A stretch of DNA of 63,777 nt, filler included, from Chrysochromulina tobinii (GCA_001275005.1; 10 parts of 10 records of this genome joined end to end with filler, not necessarily neighbours in it); one strand, 5' to 3'; shown: positions 46,792-59,256, counted from the whole stretch's first letter. Numbers and translations: made by a program. The notes: a model not told the origin generated them from the letters alone.

Positions 46792-46855
46792 ACGAGGATG
46801 ATGGCTTTCGCGTCGAGCTGTGAACGAGGATGATGGCTTTCGCGTCGAGCTGTGA
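46762..46855 (+). repeat. Three 32-nt tandem copies spanning the PDI stop codon
   Basis: GAGGATGATGGCTTTCGCGTCGAGCTGTGA(AC) occurs three times. Confidence 0.9.
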
Positions 46856-47408
46856 GGAAGGCCTGCGGGGTGCGCGCGTGCCAAGGGTGCGCCGTTGCCG
46901 AAGATCCACGCAGTTGTTAGGCCTGCGAGTGCGCGTGCGGCGGACGTTCAAAGTTCAACCCAAAGGTGGGGACCGCACATCCACTGTCATGTGATGAGTG
47001 GGTTGAGCGGGGATACTGAAATCAGTGGAAAGTCACGTGCTGAAATAAGTGAAAGATCCGAGGGCCAGCTTCGGGGCTTGGGCGGCCCTCGTTTTATGTT
47101 AAAGTCAAGCAGAGTCAAGCATTGAAGTCAACTAGTCAAGACGTATCAAGTCAAGTGACAAGCGTCAACTTGACTTGACATTTATATTGACTTCCACACC
47201 ACCTGCGAGCGTGATGATCGCACGGGCGGGGAACTCGATCAGAGATAGATAGTGCGGAGTTCCGGATCGGTATGCAAGACTCGTCTCGTCTTGCGGATTG
47301 CATTCACTGCATCCGTATGTACGCCGGTCCGGTGTCTTGGGTGTCGAATTATAAACATTGGCTGTGAAAAGTAAATACCCAGTACGGCGCCCATCAAGGC
47401 CCACGTGA

Positions 47409-48350
47409 ATGCACGACGCGAGGGCGCTCGTGGCCGCGATCGGGCTCACCGCGGGTGCGGCGCTCATCCTGCTGCTGCATCGGCGCCTCCGCAGGCCGCT
47501 GAGCCATCAAGTTCGCACGACGGCGCGCTTTCACGACTCCAACGACTTTGACTGGGCTGAGCTGGCTGCGCGCGTGGAGCCGCTCGTGCGTCCGCCGCCT
47601 GAAGCGCTCAAGGAGGTCGCGTGCGCGTCGGTGCCGCCGCCACGCACCGATGACCAGATTGCACGATGGCAGCAGCACTTTCTCAAGCACGCGGAGGCGC
47701 CCACGCCCTTCTTCAAGGAGCGCCGATCGCTGCTCGAAGAGTTCCCGCGCTTATGCGCCGCCCGACTGCGCGTGCTCGAGGTGGGGTGCGGCAACGGCTC
47801 GAGCGCTCTTTCGGTGCTACGCGGCAATATGGGTGCGCAGGTGCACGCGACGGACCCGAGCCCAGCCGCGGTCGAGCAGACGTGCGAGGCCATCGGCGTC
47901 GCCGGCTTTGGCGCGCGCTTGACGACCGAGGTACAGCGATTGCCGACGGTACCGTGCAGCGCGCGCCACGGTCCATTTGATGTGGTGATGATCCTCTTCA
48001 CGCTGTCGGCGGTGCCCGGCGACGACGACGCGGCCCTGCTCGTGCACGCCTCCAAGCTGCTTCGGCCTGGCGGCGCGGTGCTTGTGCGCGACTACGGCCT
48101 GTACGACATGCGCCATCGCAAGGACGCAAGGACGGCGCGGCTGCTTCGAGCGCGGCCTGTGCCCGAGTACTTGCGCCCGGGCGGCATGCATCGGCGCTAC
48201 TACTCGCTCGAGCACCTCGGCGCGCTCGGCGCGAGCGCTGGTCTTGTTGTAGAGGAGAGTCGGTACCTGTGCGTGCGCCTCCGCAACGAGAAGCGCGACC
48301 TAAATATGGATCGGGTGTACGTGCATGCCGTGCTGGCCAAGCCGGGCTGA
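47409..48350 (+). CDS. METTL2/METTL6 (Trm140)-like SAM-dependent methyltransferase
   Basis: FFKERR, VLEVGCGNGS, ILFTLSAV, LRPGG..RDYGLYDM. Confidence 0.85.
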   Translation: MHDARALVAAIGLTAGAALILLLHRRLRRPLSHQVRTTARFHDSNDFDWAELAARVEPLVRPPPEALKEVACASVPPPRTDDQIARWQQHFLKHAEAPTPFFKERRSLLEEFPRLCAARLRVLEVGCGNGSSALSVLRGNMGAQVHATDPSPAAVEQTCEAIGVAGFGARLTTEVQRLPTVPCSARHGPFDVVMILFTLSAVPGDDDAALLVHASKLLRPGGAVLVRDYGLYDMRHRKDARTARLLRARPVPEYLRPGGMHRRYYSLEHLGALGASAGLVVEESRYLCVRLRNEKRDLNMDRVYVHAVLAKPG

Positions 48351-48565
48351 GAAGCGAGTGTGAACAGAGTTCCATTCCGTCGATGAGCGTGTGAAGCGCA
48401 CGCTCGCGAGACACCGGAACAGGTCGGTGTAGGTGAAGGAAGCCTTCGTACTATAAAACGAACAANNNNNNNNNNNNNNNNNNNNNNNNNNNNNNNNNNN
48501 NNNNNNNNNTTAATTAATTAANNNNNNNNNNNNNNNNNNNNNNNNNNNNNNNNNNNNNNNNNNNN

Positions 48566-48666
48566 CGCCACTGATCGTCCTGAAGCAGGTTGAAAATAGG
48601 GAGGAGCAGCTCGCCAAGATCGGCGAGCGTCACGTTCGTCAGCGTGGTGCTCGAGCGAGGACGCAT
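48566..48666 (-). CDS. 5' start of a second F-box/LRR paralog, cut by the spacer
   Basis: About 100 nt nearly identical to 51673-51773, with different upstream sequence. Confidence 0.6.
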
Positions 48667-50081
48667 TCTTGTCTCGAGCGTGAAAAGTGACACCGAGACA
48701 CGCACTAAAAAGTAACTTTGTTGTGCACCTTTTTTGGTAACTTTTTTGTTCACAATGAGTGGAAAAACAAGCTTAATTTGATTTCTACTGTGAAACACAA
48801 AAGCGCTCCCTCTCCGGACCCCCAAGCATGGGGGCCTCTATCGCTACATGTATGGACGGAGCGAGGTGAGTGACTTAGGTGTGACCGGGCGCGGGGCCCC
48901 CGTCTTGAGGGCCGTCTACATGTATCGGACAACACATCGTAACCGATCGTAACAGGACCACATAATCGGTGGTAGATATGGCGAGGCAACCACCTCATCA
49001 CCAAAGTGTTCCGAGAGGCTCTCGGGCAGATGGACTCAAGATGCGATGAACACAGCGCGTGACCGCACCTGCGCGTACTTTATACATGTAAATGCTAGTC
49101 TCCGACAGAATAACCCCCCCAGCTGACTCCAAGATGCGCCTTGGCGTCAAGGTGTCAAGCTCGACAGCTCGACAGCTCGACAGACCTCGACAGACCTCGA
49201 CAGGCCTCGACACGAGGTCTAAGACTGGGTAAAGCCGGGTTAGTGAGCCCCACTCCTTCAAGGTGAACTAGGTTGATGGACCCACTGGTCAACTACACAA
49301 CTTCATGGTGGCTAGATGATGGATGTTCTGGTGGACCTTTCGTTCCACGTTCGTGCTCTTTCGTGCTCTGTTTGACCTACATGTAACATATTTATTTCTC
49401 CTCATAATTGCATTAAGGTTAACATTAAGGTTGCATTTTCTGGTCTTGAAACCACGAGATGTGGCTATGTAACCAGTGGCTAGGTAGGAAACCAGTGGCT
49501 AGGCGGGTTTTGGGTGGGTATTACAAAAATAACTGTAAAGAAACCTCGTGTGGCTGGATGTCTAGGGGTTTATAGGGGTTAGGGGCTAGGTTGTGACGTC
49601 CTGATCTGACTCCGAGTTCTTTATCCGTTTGACCTAGTTTGGTTGGTGTTTTTTTGTGTGTGGGCCCTCTAGGCCTACTGCTGTGAGAGTCAGAGTGCTT
49701 CATGCAAAATAGCAAAGCTACATGCCAGGCTCGAGCTCGATAGCACAAACTCGACAGTACATAACCGCGTACTCGACACACGACAGCCCCTCGACGCACG
49801 TCGCACGAGAATCTCGACAGAAACTCGACAGCTCGACCTCGAGTAGCTCGGCGTGTGTGCCTGTGTCCGACGTCGACGTCGCACGTCGGGATGTTAACGA
49901 GTGGACCACGAGAATTAGCGTATATGGGTCAGATTCGGAAAAATCCCTGGTATAACGTTAACGAGCACGCTCATCGGCTCTCGACACGGTCGCGCCCTCA
50001 CAACCGCGACAGCCAGGGGACTCAAGAAAATCGGCTAAACGTTAAAGTACCTGATGTTGAGCTCAACAGGGTTACAACGAT

Positions 50082-51773
50082 TCACCTATTGCGGCGATTC
50101 GCAACGCACTCATCGTCGCACTCGGCGTTAGTAGCCTTCGTCGTGAGCAGCTCAAGTTGCAAACGCCCATCCTCCGCCTGATTAGCCTGCCGCTTCTCTT
50201 CGCTGAGGCTGTCCTCGCGTGCCTTCCCCGCCTTGTCCTGCGCACGCGCACACATGTATTCGCTTGGCAGCGGGAAGCGGCGGTCCGGCGGTAGGCAGCG
50301 AGCCATGCGCGCGTGAGCATCGCGCGGGCGGCGGCTACGGGGGAAGAGGCGGCGGCGAGCAGCGACAGCTCACCTCGTCGCGTCGCCCCTTGAAGGCTGA
50401 GAGGTACATCTCCTGCAGCTCCACACGCGCCATGTTGCCGCGGATCCATGACCAACGGCAGGCAGGCAGCGCCCCCCGCGCGAGCACGTCCGTAAGCACC
50501 TCGACGCCGCGATCGGAGATGCGGTTGAGAGCGAGGCCCAAGTGCTCGCACACAGGCAGAGCCTTGTTGAGCGCCGCGGCTGCGAGGGCGATGGCGCCGG
50601 CATCGCCCCATCTGTTGGAATCGAGGCGGAGCGTATAAAGCTTCTTGCCTGCGCCCGCGCCCAGAGCGGCGGCGATGGCGATCACGCCAGGGTCTGCACA
50701 CTCCACACGCGGGAGTGATCAGCAAGGCGGGGGCGGGGGAGATCTTCGACGGGGGTGGGGGCCTTGGGGGTGTGCGGGGCGCCGGGGGGGGGGAACGTGC
50801 AGCGCCGCCGAGGTGGAAGGCGAGGAGGGGGTGATGGTAGCTTTGCGAGCGAGGCTAGCGATCGGATGCTGCGGTGCACTCACCGCCGATCCGATTCTGA
50901 CGCAGCGTGAGCGTGGAGCAATGCTTGAGAGCGCCCGCCTGCGCACGGAGGCAGCGGCGAGACGCGAGGAGCGGCGATGGCTCACATGAGACGTGAAGGC
51001 CACGCGATGGCAGGGCTGCCACTGCAGCGCACCTCCATGGCCTGCGCGAGAGCACGTGCGCCCTGGTCGCCCACACGGTTGTCTACGAGGCTGACTGTCG
51101 CCAAGCACGGGAAAAGGCCACACTCCAGGTGGCCCGCCAAGTTGGCGCATGCCGCATCGTCGAAGTCACACCCTGTGGAAATGGAGGCGGTGGAAATGGG
51201 GGCGGTGAGGGAGGTGGAGATGGAGGCGGAGAGGAAGGCGGAGACGGTGGCTGTGAGGCGGTGAGCACAATTGATAGTGAGCACCGTCAGCATGTCGAGC
51301 GGCTTCGCCGAAAAAGCGCAGTCGAGAATGTCGGTCGCGGTCGCCTTGCAGCTGGACAGCGAAAGCAGGCGCCACCGGCACTGCCGGAGCCGGCTGAGCC
51401 GCTCGAAGCACGTTTTGAACCCGGGCAGGTAAGAGGGTGCCACGTCCGCACACACCTGGATGGACTCCACCTCGTGAAGCTTGTCGGCGAGCAGGATGTC
51501 GGTGGATGCAGGTCGGTTTGGATTGGTCTCATTGACGACAATGTGAGGCACGCGCCAACCCGCATCTGACGCTTTCGTTCTCGTCGACCATACGCTGATC
51601 TGCTTGTTCACTGGCGGCCTCAGCCGCCGCTGCTCGGTACAGAGCGTCTTACAGGCCATCGCGAGAGAGATGCGCCACTGATCGTCCTGAAGCAGGTTGA
51701 AAATAGGGAGGAGCAGCTCGCCAAGATCGGCGAGCGTCACGTTCGTCAGCGTGGTGCTCGGGCGAGGACGCAT
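50082..51773 (-). CDS. F-box-like plus RNI-type leucine-rich repeat protein (multi-exon, boundaries approximate)
   Basis: LADLGELLLPIFNLL..SLAMACKTL (F-box-like). VSLVDNRVGDQGARALA, LRLDSNRWGDAGAIALA, LGLALNRISDRGVEVL. Confidence 0.7.
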
Positions 51774-52027
51774 TCTCTGTAGCATTTCGACGTTCGTGAA
51801 TGAGAGGACCGGAGACAAGAGCCTTTTTTGGAACAACTTTTTGATTTCCCTCTTTCCAGACGAGACTTGTGAGCGTGAACAGCCGAGCCACACCCAGATT
51901 GATGCAAGTGAAGTGGCCATGTCACTGGCACCGCCAGGCAGGCAGGCCCAGGGGGTCTCCCACGTCTCCTTGTGTTCGCTCTCCTTTATACGTCTGCTTC
52001 GGCTTCGCTATGGACGGGGGGGCAGAG

Positions 52028-53975
52028 CCGCTACAGAGCCGCTACTTGACGCATGAAGGCGGAGCGCCTGGGCGCGCAGTAGGCACGCGCACGGTCGTCG
52101 ACCTCTGCGCGTGCGCGAGCGCCGCCATCGCCGCGCCATTGCTCGCCCTGCAAGGCGTGAGCGAGCGGACAGGAGGCGGGATGAGAGTGGACAAGATCGC
52201 AGCTTGCAATTGGCATGCAATCAGCGCGGCAATCAGCATGAAATCAGCGAGCATGTGGGAGGTGAGGACAAGATCGCAGCTTGCAAGGCTCGGAGCAAGC
52301 GCGAGTACAGCGAGATTCCAATCTCCAATCTCCAATCTCGGAGCAAGCGAGATTCCAATCTCCAATCTCCAATCTCGGAGCAAGCGAGATTCCAATCTCC
52401 AATCTCCAATCTCGGAGCAAGCGCGAGTACAGCGAGCCGCATGCCTGAGGGAGCGCTCGAGTAGAGCCTTGTGCGGCGAGAACATGGGGACGCTAAGTGG
52501 CGCAGTGGCCATCGGCGCCGGCGACGCTGCGTTCACGCCGCCACCGCCAGCAGTGACAGCAGGAGGAACGCTGGCAGCCGGAGGGGCGGCGGCGGCGGCC
52601 CTCAGCCGCTCGTGTTCAACTTCGAACTCGGCGCGCGTCGAGGCGGCCTGGCTCTCGGCGAGTCGCATCGAGTCGCGCCACGCGAGCAGCTGGATGCGTC
52701 GGCTGTTGTGGAACAGTGCGGCCGGCCCTGCTGGCTCGGCGCCGACCGTGAGGGCGCCGCCACGAGCACCGGGCCGGCCGGGGCTCATCGGGGGAACGTC
52801 TCGGCTGTGGGGAACATCTCGGGGGCGGCGTCGGCCGGGGCTCGCGCGACGGAAGCTGCTTGACTCGGATCGTGCGCCCTCGTGCACATCCTCAACGACG
52901 CCCGCAACGGCTCGAGGCACACGCTCCCACTCGGAAGACATCGAGAGCGATGGAAGCGAAGCCGAAGCACCGAGGCTCGTGCCTGTCGGGATCGACAGCA
53001 CGGCAGCACTGGCGCTACCTGGCGCCGAAGCAGCCCCCTCGCCGCCGACGAGCAGCGGCGGTGGCCGTGGCCCTGCTTCGAGGGTCGCGCCGGCTGTTGC
53101 GGGCCGCGGCGCTTCGTAAGACGTGGGGGCCGACAGGGGGGCCATGAGGAGGGTCAGGTCGGCAAGCGCGGGCGCGTTGAGGTAGTCGGCGTCAGTCTCA
53201 GCGGGCGGCGGCGGCGCCTCCTCGCGCTCGGCGCCGACGCTCGGTGTAGGCGAGCCTGCCTGCTGGCGCCCCTCTTGGCGCGCTCGCCATTCGAGCCGCG
53301 CACACCTGTTCTGAAGCGCCGCCGCCGCCGCGTTCGCAGCCGACACCCTGCGCGCGCACGCGGCACATCATGTGGAGCATGTGGTCATGTCGTGTGGAGC
53401 AGCATGTGGTCATGTGGGAGCAGGCGGCGAGGCGATGTGGGATGCGACCACATGACCACATGGCCACATGGCCACATGACCACATCGGCGATGTGGGATG
53501 CGACCATGCAAAACGAGGAGAGGCAACGTGAGGCAACGCGAGGCAACGCGAGTCGAGGGTGCGCGCGGCGGCGACTGAACAGAGGGCGGCGGCGCACCTC
53601 TGCTCGAGTATGTCGCGCGAGCGGCCCGCGTTTCCCATGGCCACCTCGCGCTCGAGCACTGCGGCCAGCCGAACCGCGTTGCGCTTCGCCCCTTCCGCGG
53701 CGCGTGCGTACGCGTCGATGGCCTCGCGTGATGCGTGCAGCTTCTCGTCGTTCTCGTCGTTGGCGGTGGCCTTGGTGCGTCTGGCGAGCTCTTCCCGAGC
53801 CGCGCGCCGGTTGGAGGCGGTCTGCGTGAGGCTCTCGCCACCCTCGCCCAAGTCCATCGCCGCGAGCCGGTTCGCCGCCGCCGCGACCTCGCGTTCGACG
53901 CGGGCGAGCGAGAGCATCTGCAGGGTACGCCTCTCGTTGTGCCGGGGCGGCGAGACGGCGCGTACTGACTCCATC
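52028..53975 (-). CDS. Coiled-coil / low-complexity protein fragment with repeat-filled introns
   Basis: Ala/Glu/Arg-rich frames interrupted by CATGTGG and CCAATCT repeat tracts. 5' truncated. Confidence 0.45.
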
Positions 53976-54075
53976 NNNNNNNNNNNNNNNNNNNNNNNNN
54001 NNNNNNNNNNNNNNNNNNNTTAATTAATTAANNNNNNNNNNNNNNNNNNNNNNNNNNNNNNNNNNNNNNNNNNNN

Positions 54076-54482
54076 TGCTCCTCGAGAGCACGACCACGCC
54101 GGACGCCATCAAGGAGCTCGCCAAGCAGTGCTGCGACGCAACGCCCTCGAAGCGGCCCGAGTTCGGAAAGATCTCGGCCATCATCGCCGCCGCCGTCCCC
54201 GAGGGCAACGACCCGCGCCCCTTGGCGCGCATCAGGGGCAAACGCGTGCTCAGGACCTCGATGGTCACCGGAGAGAAGCCGTCGTCGTCCCGCGAAACGT
54301 TCAAGGAGAAATTCCAGCAGAAGGCGAGCAAGCTCGAGAAGTCGCACCTCAACAATGAAGGCCCCGCGACCACCCCCGCGGCGGCCGCCGACGGGCCTTC
54401 GGCGTCGCTCTACTCGACCTTTGCGGATACACTGCTCACCACCTTCACGCCCGGCAAGGCAGCCAAGGGTGGCGACGAGTGA
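54076..54482 (+). CDS. Protein kinase C-terminal fragment
   Basis: TPDAIKELAKQCCDATPSKRPEFGKI resembles subdomain XI. Confidence 0.7.
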
Positions 54483-55198
54483 GCGGGAATGAGATGGTGA
54501 CGCTGCCAAATGATGGAGCACGCGCCGTGGCGGGCACGCGCAGAGGTGAGCACGTGCCGTTGTGTACACGCGCAGAGGTGAGCACATGCACATGCCTCTT
54601 GGTGAGCACGCCCACTGTGGTGGCGTGTACGGGGCTCCCATCCAACCGCAAATCATGCAAGGGGCGGGACGACCAAACTGAACTAAAGGGCCCCGAGGGC
54701 AAGCAAGGACTTCCGTACTAAGTAAGAGGACCCCGACAGCCAACTACAAGTACAACCCGGCATCAGTGTGAGTAACGCCATACGCACCTCTAATAGTAGA
54801 CGTGTATGGTCGTGTATGGTCGTGTCCGTCCTGACTTGCCTTTATCTGGAGCAAGGTAGAGTCTCATTGGCGCATAAAGACGTCGGGCTCGGTTTTGTCT
54901 TGAGATTAGAGATATGAGAAGATGTTTGTCCCGTGTGCCACAACACTTTCACGTGACCGGACACGACCGGAGCGCCGCTTACGAGCAACGAAGATTCACG
55001 GGCTCGCAGGGCGCCATGCAGGGCGCCATGCTGCATGCCGGCAATACTTCACCAAAATGCCACGCTTCTATCTAGACACGACCTCGAAAGTGTTCTCAGC
55101 CCATGTGTCACCCAAGCCAACCTTTTTAAGTGGTATGTTAGAAGCACGCGGAGCGGGAGGGCAAGGGGTTCCGTTCGTCAACCCCTCGGTGTACCACA

Positions 55199-55669
55199 TC
55201 ACTTCATCTGGAAGCCGTCGTGGCGGTGCTCCACAGCCATCAAGAGCTTTGCGCGCAGCGTCTCGCGGCTGCGGTAGGCGGGCAGGTGCACCTCGTGCGT
55301 GCACGTGTGCACGCTCGGCAGGTCGTTGTCCTCCCCCTCCTCCCACAGCCTCAGCTTGATCTTCTCCTTGAGCCCGCCGCACGGCAGCGCGGTGAGCGCG
55401 GTGCACCACTCGAACAGAGCGAGCCGCTGCTCCGCGCAGAGCGCGGTTTCGTCACTCGCGTCCAAGAGGACCTCCCGAAAGAAGCGCGGCACCTCCGATC
55501 CGATGGACGCGAAGCCCGCCTGCGCGGCGCGCGCCGAGTCGGGCGGCGGCCATTCGAAGCAATCGAGGAGATCCTCGGAGCTCATCTCGGTCTTGCCGCG
55601 CATGAGGAGCAGCAGCTCCTCGGACGAGAGCGCGCCCAGCTGCATCGTCAGGTCGAAGCCATGGAGGGC
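55199..55669 (-). CDS. HECT E3 ligase C-terminal exon
   Basis: LSSEELLLLMRG..QRLALFEWCTA..LPSVHTCTHEVHLPAYRSRETLRAKLLMAV..GF, with the catalytic Cys present. Confidence 0.85.
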   Translation of the reverse strand, partial: ALHGFDLTMQLGALSSEELLLLMRGKTEMSSEDLLDCFEWPPPDSARAAQAGFASIGSEVPRFFREVLLDASDETALCAEQRLALFEWCTALTALPCGGLKEKIKLRLWEEGEDNDLPSVHTCTHEVHLPAYRSRETLRAKLLMAVEHRHDGFQMK

Positions 55670-55814
55670 CTGATCATCAGAGGTCATCAGAGGTCATCAG
55701 AGGTCATCAGAGGTCATCAGAGGTCATCAGAGGTCATCAGAGGTCATCAGAGGTCATCAGAGAGAGGTCATCAGAGGTCATCAGAGGTCATGAGTGGCAC
55801 TCAAAGACACTCGC
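55670..55814 (-). repeat. (TGATGACCTC)n satellite forming a putative GC-AG intron
   Basis: About 11 units. Donor CAG|GCGAGT, acceptor GATCAG|GCC. Confidence 0.8.
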
Positions 55815-57771
55815 CTGCATGAGCTTCTCGGCATCCGCTGAGAACTGTCGACGCAGCTGCTTGGGCGCGGCGGGCGCAGCCGGCGCCTCGGCTTCGCCCG
55901 CGGCTGCCCGCCTCTCCTCGTCCTCTATCCTGAGCAGCTCGGCGAGCGTTGGTGACCAGTGCTCCATTAATTGATAATCGAGGCTCGGCGTGAGAAGCAT
56001 CGTGCCACCCGTGTTGCCGATGCGCCCACAGTAGTTGGACGCGGAGAAGACAGTGATCAGCCGCCCGTCGTGCTGCACTGCCACGCCGCTCATCGTCTTG
56101 GGCACCTCATGCGAGCGCACGATCATGCGTAGACGATTGATCTCGCAAAATCTCCGCGTGATGTCGGGGCCGAAGGTGACGCACACGGAGCCGCGAGCTT
56201 GCGAGCGGTCGATGCCGGCCGCCTCTTGCGGGTCGGCCCACATAGTATCGAAGAAGAGGAGGTCGCGGGCGTCATTGGTGGAGACGGGCACAGGGCGCAC
56301 GCGGTCGATCGCGCGCATCTGGGCGAGCGTCGCGTTGCCTGTCCGGCACAGGCCGCCATGAAGGACGAGCACCTGCGGGGAGCGGGCGCGCCGTGGTGAG
56401 CACGTGCATGCCGGGAGGCCACCATGGAAGACGAGGGCGCCATGGTGAGCACCTCCTGGTTGATCCGGGTCGCGAGCGGCAGCAGATTGAAGATGGCTTG
56501 AAAGAGCTTGAACACGTCGGCGTCGTACTTGTACGTCGCCTCTTGTGCGAAGCCTCCGCCCTCGTGGAATCCCCGAATGTTCATGTCAAACGACTCGTGG
56601 TTCCCGCGATTCAGGTACACGCAGCCCGGGCACGCGAGCATGTACCTGTGGGAGGGGGGGCGCCGTAGTGAGCACTGGCATGCTGGAGGGCAGCCGGGGC
56701 ACGTGAGCATGTACCCAAACAAGATGAGATAGATCTCGACGGCGTTAGGACCGCGATCAGCGATGTCGCCGTTGACAAGGTAGACGTTGCCGGGCGCCGG
56801 GGGTCCGTGGGCCTGTGTACGTGGCACGTGAGGCGTTTGGCGCGACGAGTGAGCCGAGGGTGTGAGCGGCAGCATGCGCAACACTGCAGCATGTGCGTCG
56901 GTTTGGTGCGCTGCGCTGCGCGGCGGCTGCGCGGCGCGGTGGCTGCGCGGCGGCTGCGTGTGCTTGCATGGGCTACCTTGAGGATCCAGCAAAAATCGTT
57001 GAGCTGGCCATGCGTGTCGCCCACGACCACGATGCGGCCATCAGTGATGTTGAGCTCTACCACGGATGCTGCTTCTCGTTCAAGTTGCTCCTTCACGCCG
57101 GCCATCAACGTAATCGCCAAGTGGGCGGCCACAGCAGTCTCCCCGGCGGAGTGCGCGACACGGCGCTTGATGCTGTCGCACAGCTCGACCATCTGCGCGG
57201 GCGTGGGCGTGCCCGAGAAGGACGGGCCGTTGTACCTGGCTGGCGGCGCCCCATACCTAGCGAGCAGCATCGCGGCGAGGTCACCCTCCTTGGTGGTGCC
57301 TGCGAGGCTGGTACCACTGCCCTGCCGCCCGAGCACGCCCGGCCCACGGCGACTGGGGCGCAGCGGCTTGGAACGCGACAGCGAGGGGCTCGCCCCACCG
57401 GCCTCCGCCGGGAAATTCGACTCTAGGTGCTTGAGCACCCTGGCGCCGTCGCGGCCCGCTTGTATGGCCTCGATCTCCATGACGTTCTCCTGGACTTTCC
57501 AGGCTTGAACGTGCTCCTCTGGCGCGTCGCGCTCCACTTTGGAGGACGCCGCGGAGCTCGGCAGCACCTGCGACGGGCGCACGAAGAGGCCATGGCGCGG
57601 CGGGCACTTGAAGTAGGAGATGCCCTCTACCATGCCATCGTTGCGGCCGATGGCCGTATCAAACGCGACACCCACCCACACGCCGTCGGCGAAGCGTGGA
57701 CTACCCACGTACTTGACGGTACACAAGCACCCGCGCACCGACACCACATCGCCCACATTGGGCGTCGCCAT
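55815..57771 (-). CDS. CAP-Gly domain plus PPP-family Ser/Thr phosphatase (PPEF/PP5/PP7-like). Introns 56976-56813, 56714-56646, 56452-56373
   Basis: GVWVGV..GRNDGMVEGISYFKC..GLFVRP (CAP-Gly). GDTHGQ, NGDIADRG, NRGNHE, HGG, RSHE, FSASNY. Confidence 0.92.
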
Positions 57772-58439
57772 CCACGGCGCCTGTAACTCGAGAGAGGCGC
57801 CGTGAGTTGCAGAGTTCCACGAAAGGGAAGGGTCTTTTCCATTTCGGGACAATCGGACGGCTGAGACGGCTAAGATTTTCAGTTCAGTGAACTTCAACGT
57901 GGTAGATTCCAGTGATCATGTGAATGTGAACGCCTTTGTGTGGTGTGTATGAAGGGCTAATTTGGTTTTCGACCATTTCTGGTTTCCGACAAAACGTCCC
58001 CGTCGTCGCGCCCTCTCCTCTCGTCGTCGTCGACGACCCGTCGCTGCATGGTGAACACGGGGCGAACGGGGGCGCAGAATGGACGCGCTGACGGGCGCCT
58101 CAGCTCTGGCGTAAGAAGTGCCAAGGCACTCGCTGTGGCTCCCCGAGTGCGCGTCGTGGCCGATCGATCAGCTCTCCCCTTAGCCGCCGTAAGCTGATCG
58201 ATGAAAAGCGTGACTGGAGTTGGCATCGCCATCGGCTCCTCTAGCCGTGCACGCTTGGAAGGCTGGGCGCTTGCAAGTGATGGCCGCACCGCTTGGCCTC
58301 TCGCCAGGCTCGGCCAAGATCATGGTCGCCTCAGCCCTGGGTATACGCAAGCTCGGCGATGACGGCCAAGGTACTTGCAGCAGCAGCTGTCACTAGCACA
58401 CGTGTCGGCAAGCAGCCCGTGCGGCCTGAGCCATGAGCC

Positions 58440-58870
58440 ATGGCCGGTGCATCGTCCTCAGCAGAGCCCCTCAGCCTCAAGGGGCGGCCGCGCGGCTCGG
58501 CGGTCGTCGTGCCGGTGGCGGCTGAGGTGGACACCTTCACTGACGTCTGCGCCCTCGGCACTCGCATCAAGGCCGGCTCGCTGATGGTCGCCGACCTGCA
58601 GCAGAAGCATGCCGATGGCGTGTAGCGCTACGGTATCCCGCGCACGACCATGATCGACAATTGGCTCAAGGACGACCACACCTACATGCAGTCGCAGAAT
58701 CCGCTCGGCTCGGTCTCGAGGGGCTCGCCGCACTGGATCGTCGAGCGCGACGTGCGCGGCCGCACGGAGCTGGGTAGGGCCCGGCACGGTGATGGGCGCA
58801 GGCGAGACGCAGCTCATGCACACCCTCACCACTGCCGCCAAGAAGGGGTGGGCCTACATGGAGGATGACG
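58440..58870 (+). pseudogene. Possible decayed pogo/psq-type HTH transposase N-terminus
   Basis: In-frame TAG followed by RYGIPRTTMIDNWLK, which resembles the psq HTH YGIPxxTL motif. Confidence 0.3.
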
Positions 58871-59256
58871 AGGAGGACAGAAGGAAGACCGGAAGAGAAT
58901 GGGTGGGAGAGCGGAGAGTCGTAATTAGTTTGAAATGATACGTACAGTAAACAGTCGCAAAAGTATACCGAGATAACCTGATGTGTAGGGCAGTACAAGA
59001 CGCCTCTGTATATTGTACAGCTAAATGTCTAGAATACGAGACTCAACTGTTGCTGTGCACCAGCTCAGCCGAGCAATGCGTGCCGAACGGAATGCCGAAC
59101 GGCTGCGGCGCGGCGGAAATGACCCGGCTCCGATTTGTTGCCCAAACAACGATCCCNNNNNNNNNNNNNNNNNNNNNNNNNNNNNNNNNNNNNNNNNNNN
59201 TTAATTAATTAANNNNNNNNNNNNNNNNNNNNNNNNNNNNNNNNNNNNNNNNNNNN

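Noticed and set aside
49550..49592. TAGGGG/TTAGGGG tract resembling a telomere repeat
   Set aside because: Only about three degenerate units at an internal position.
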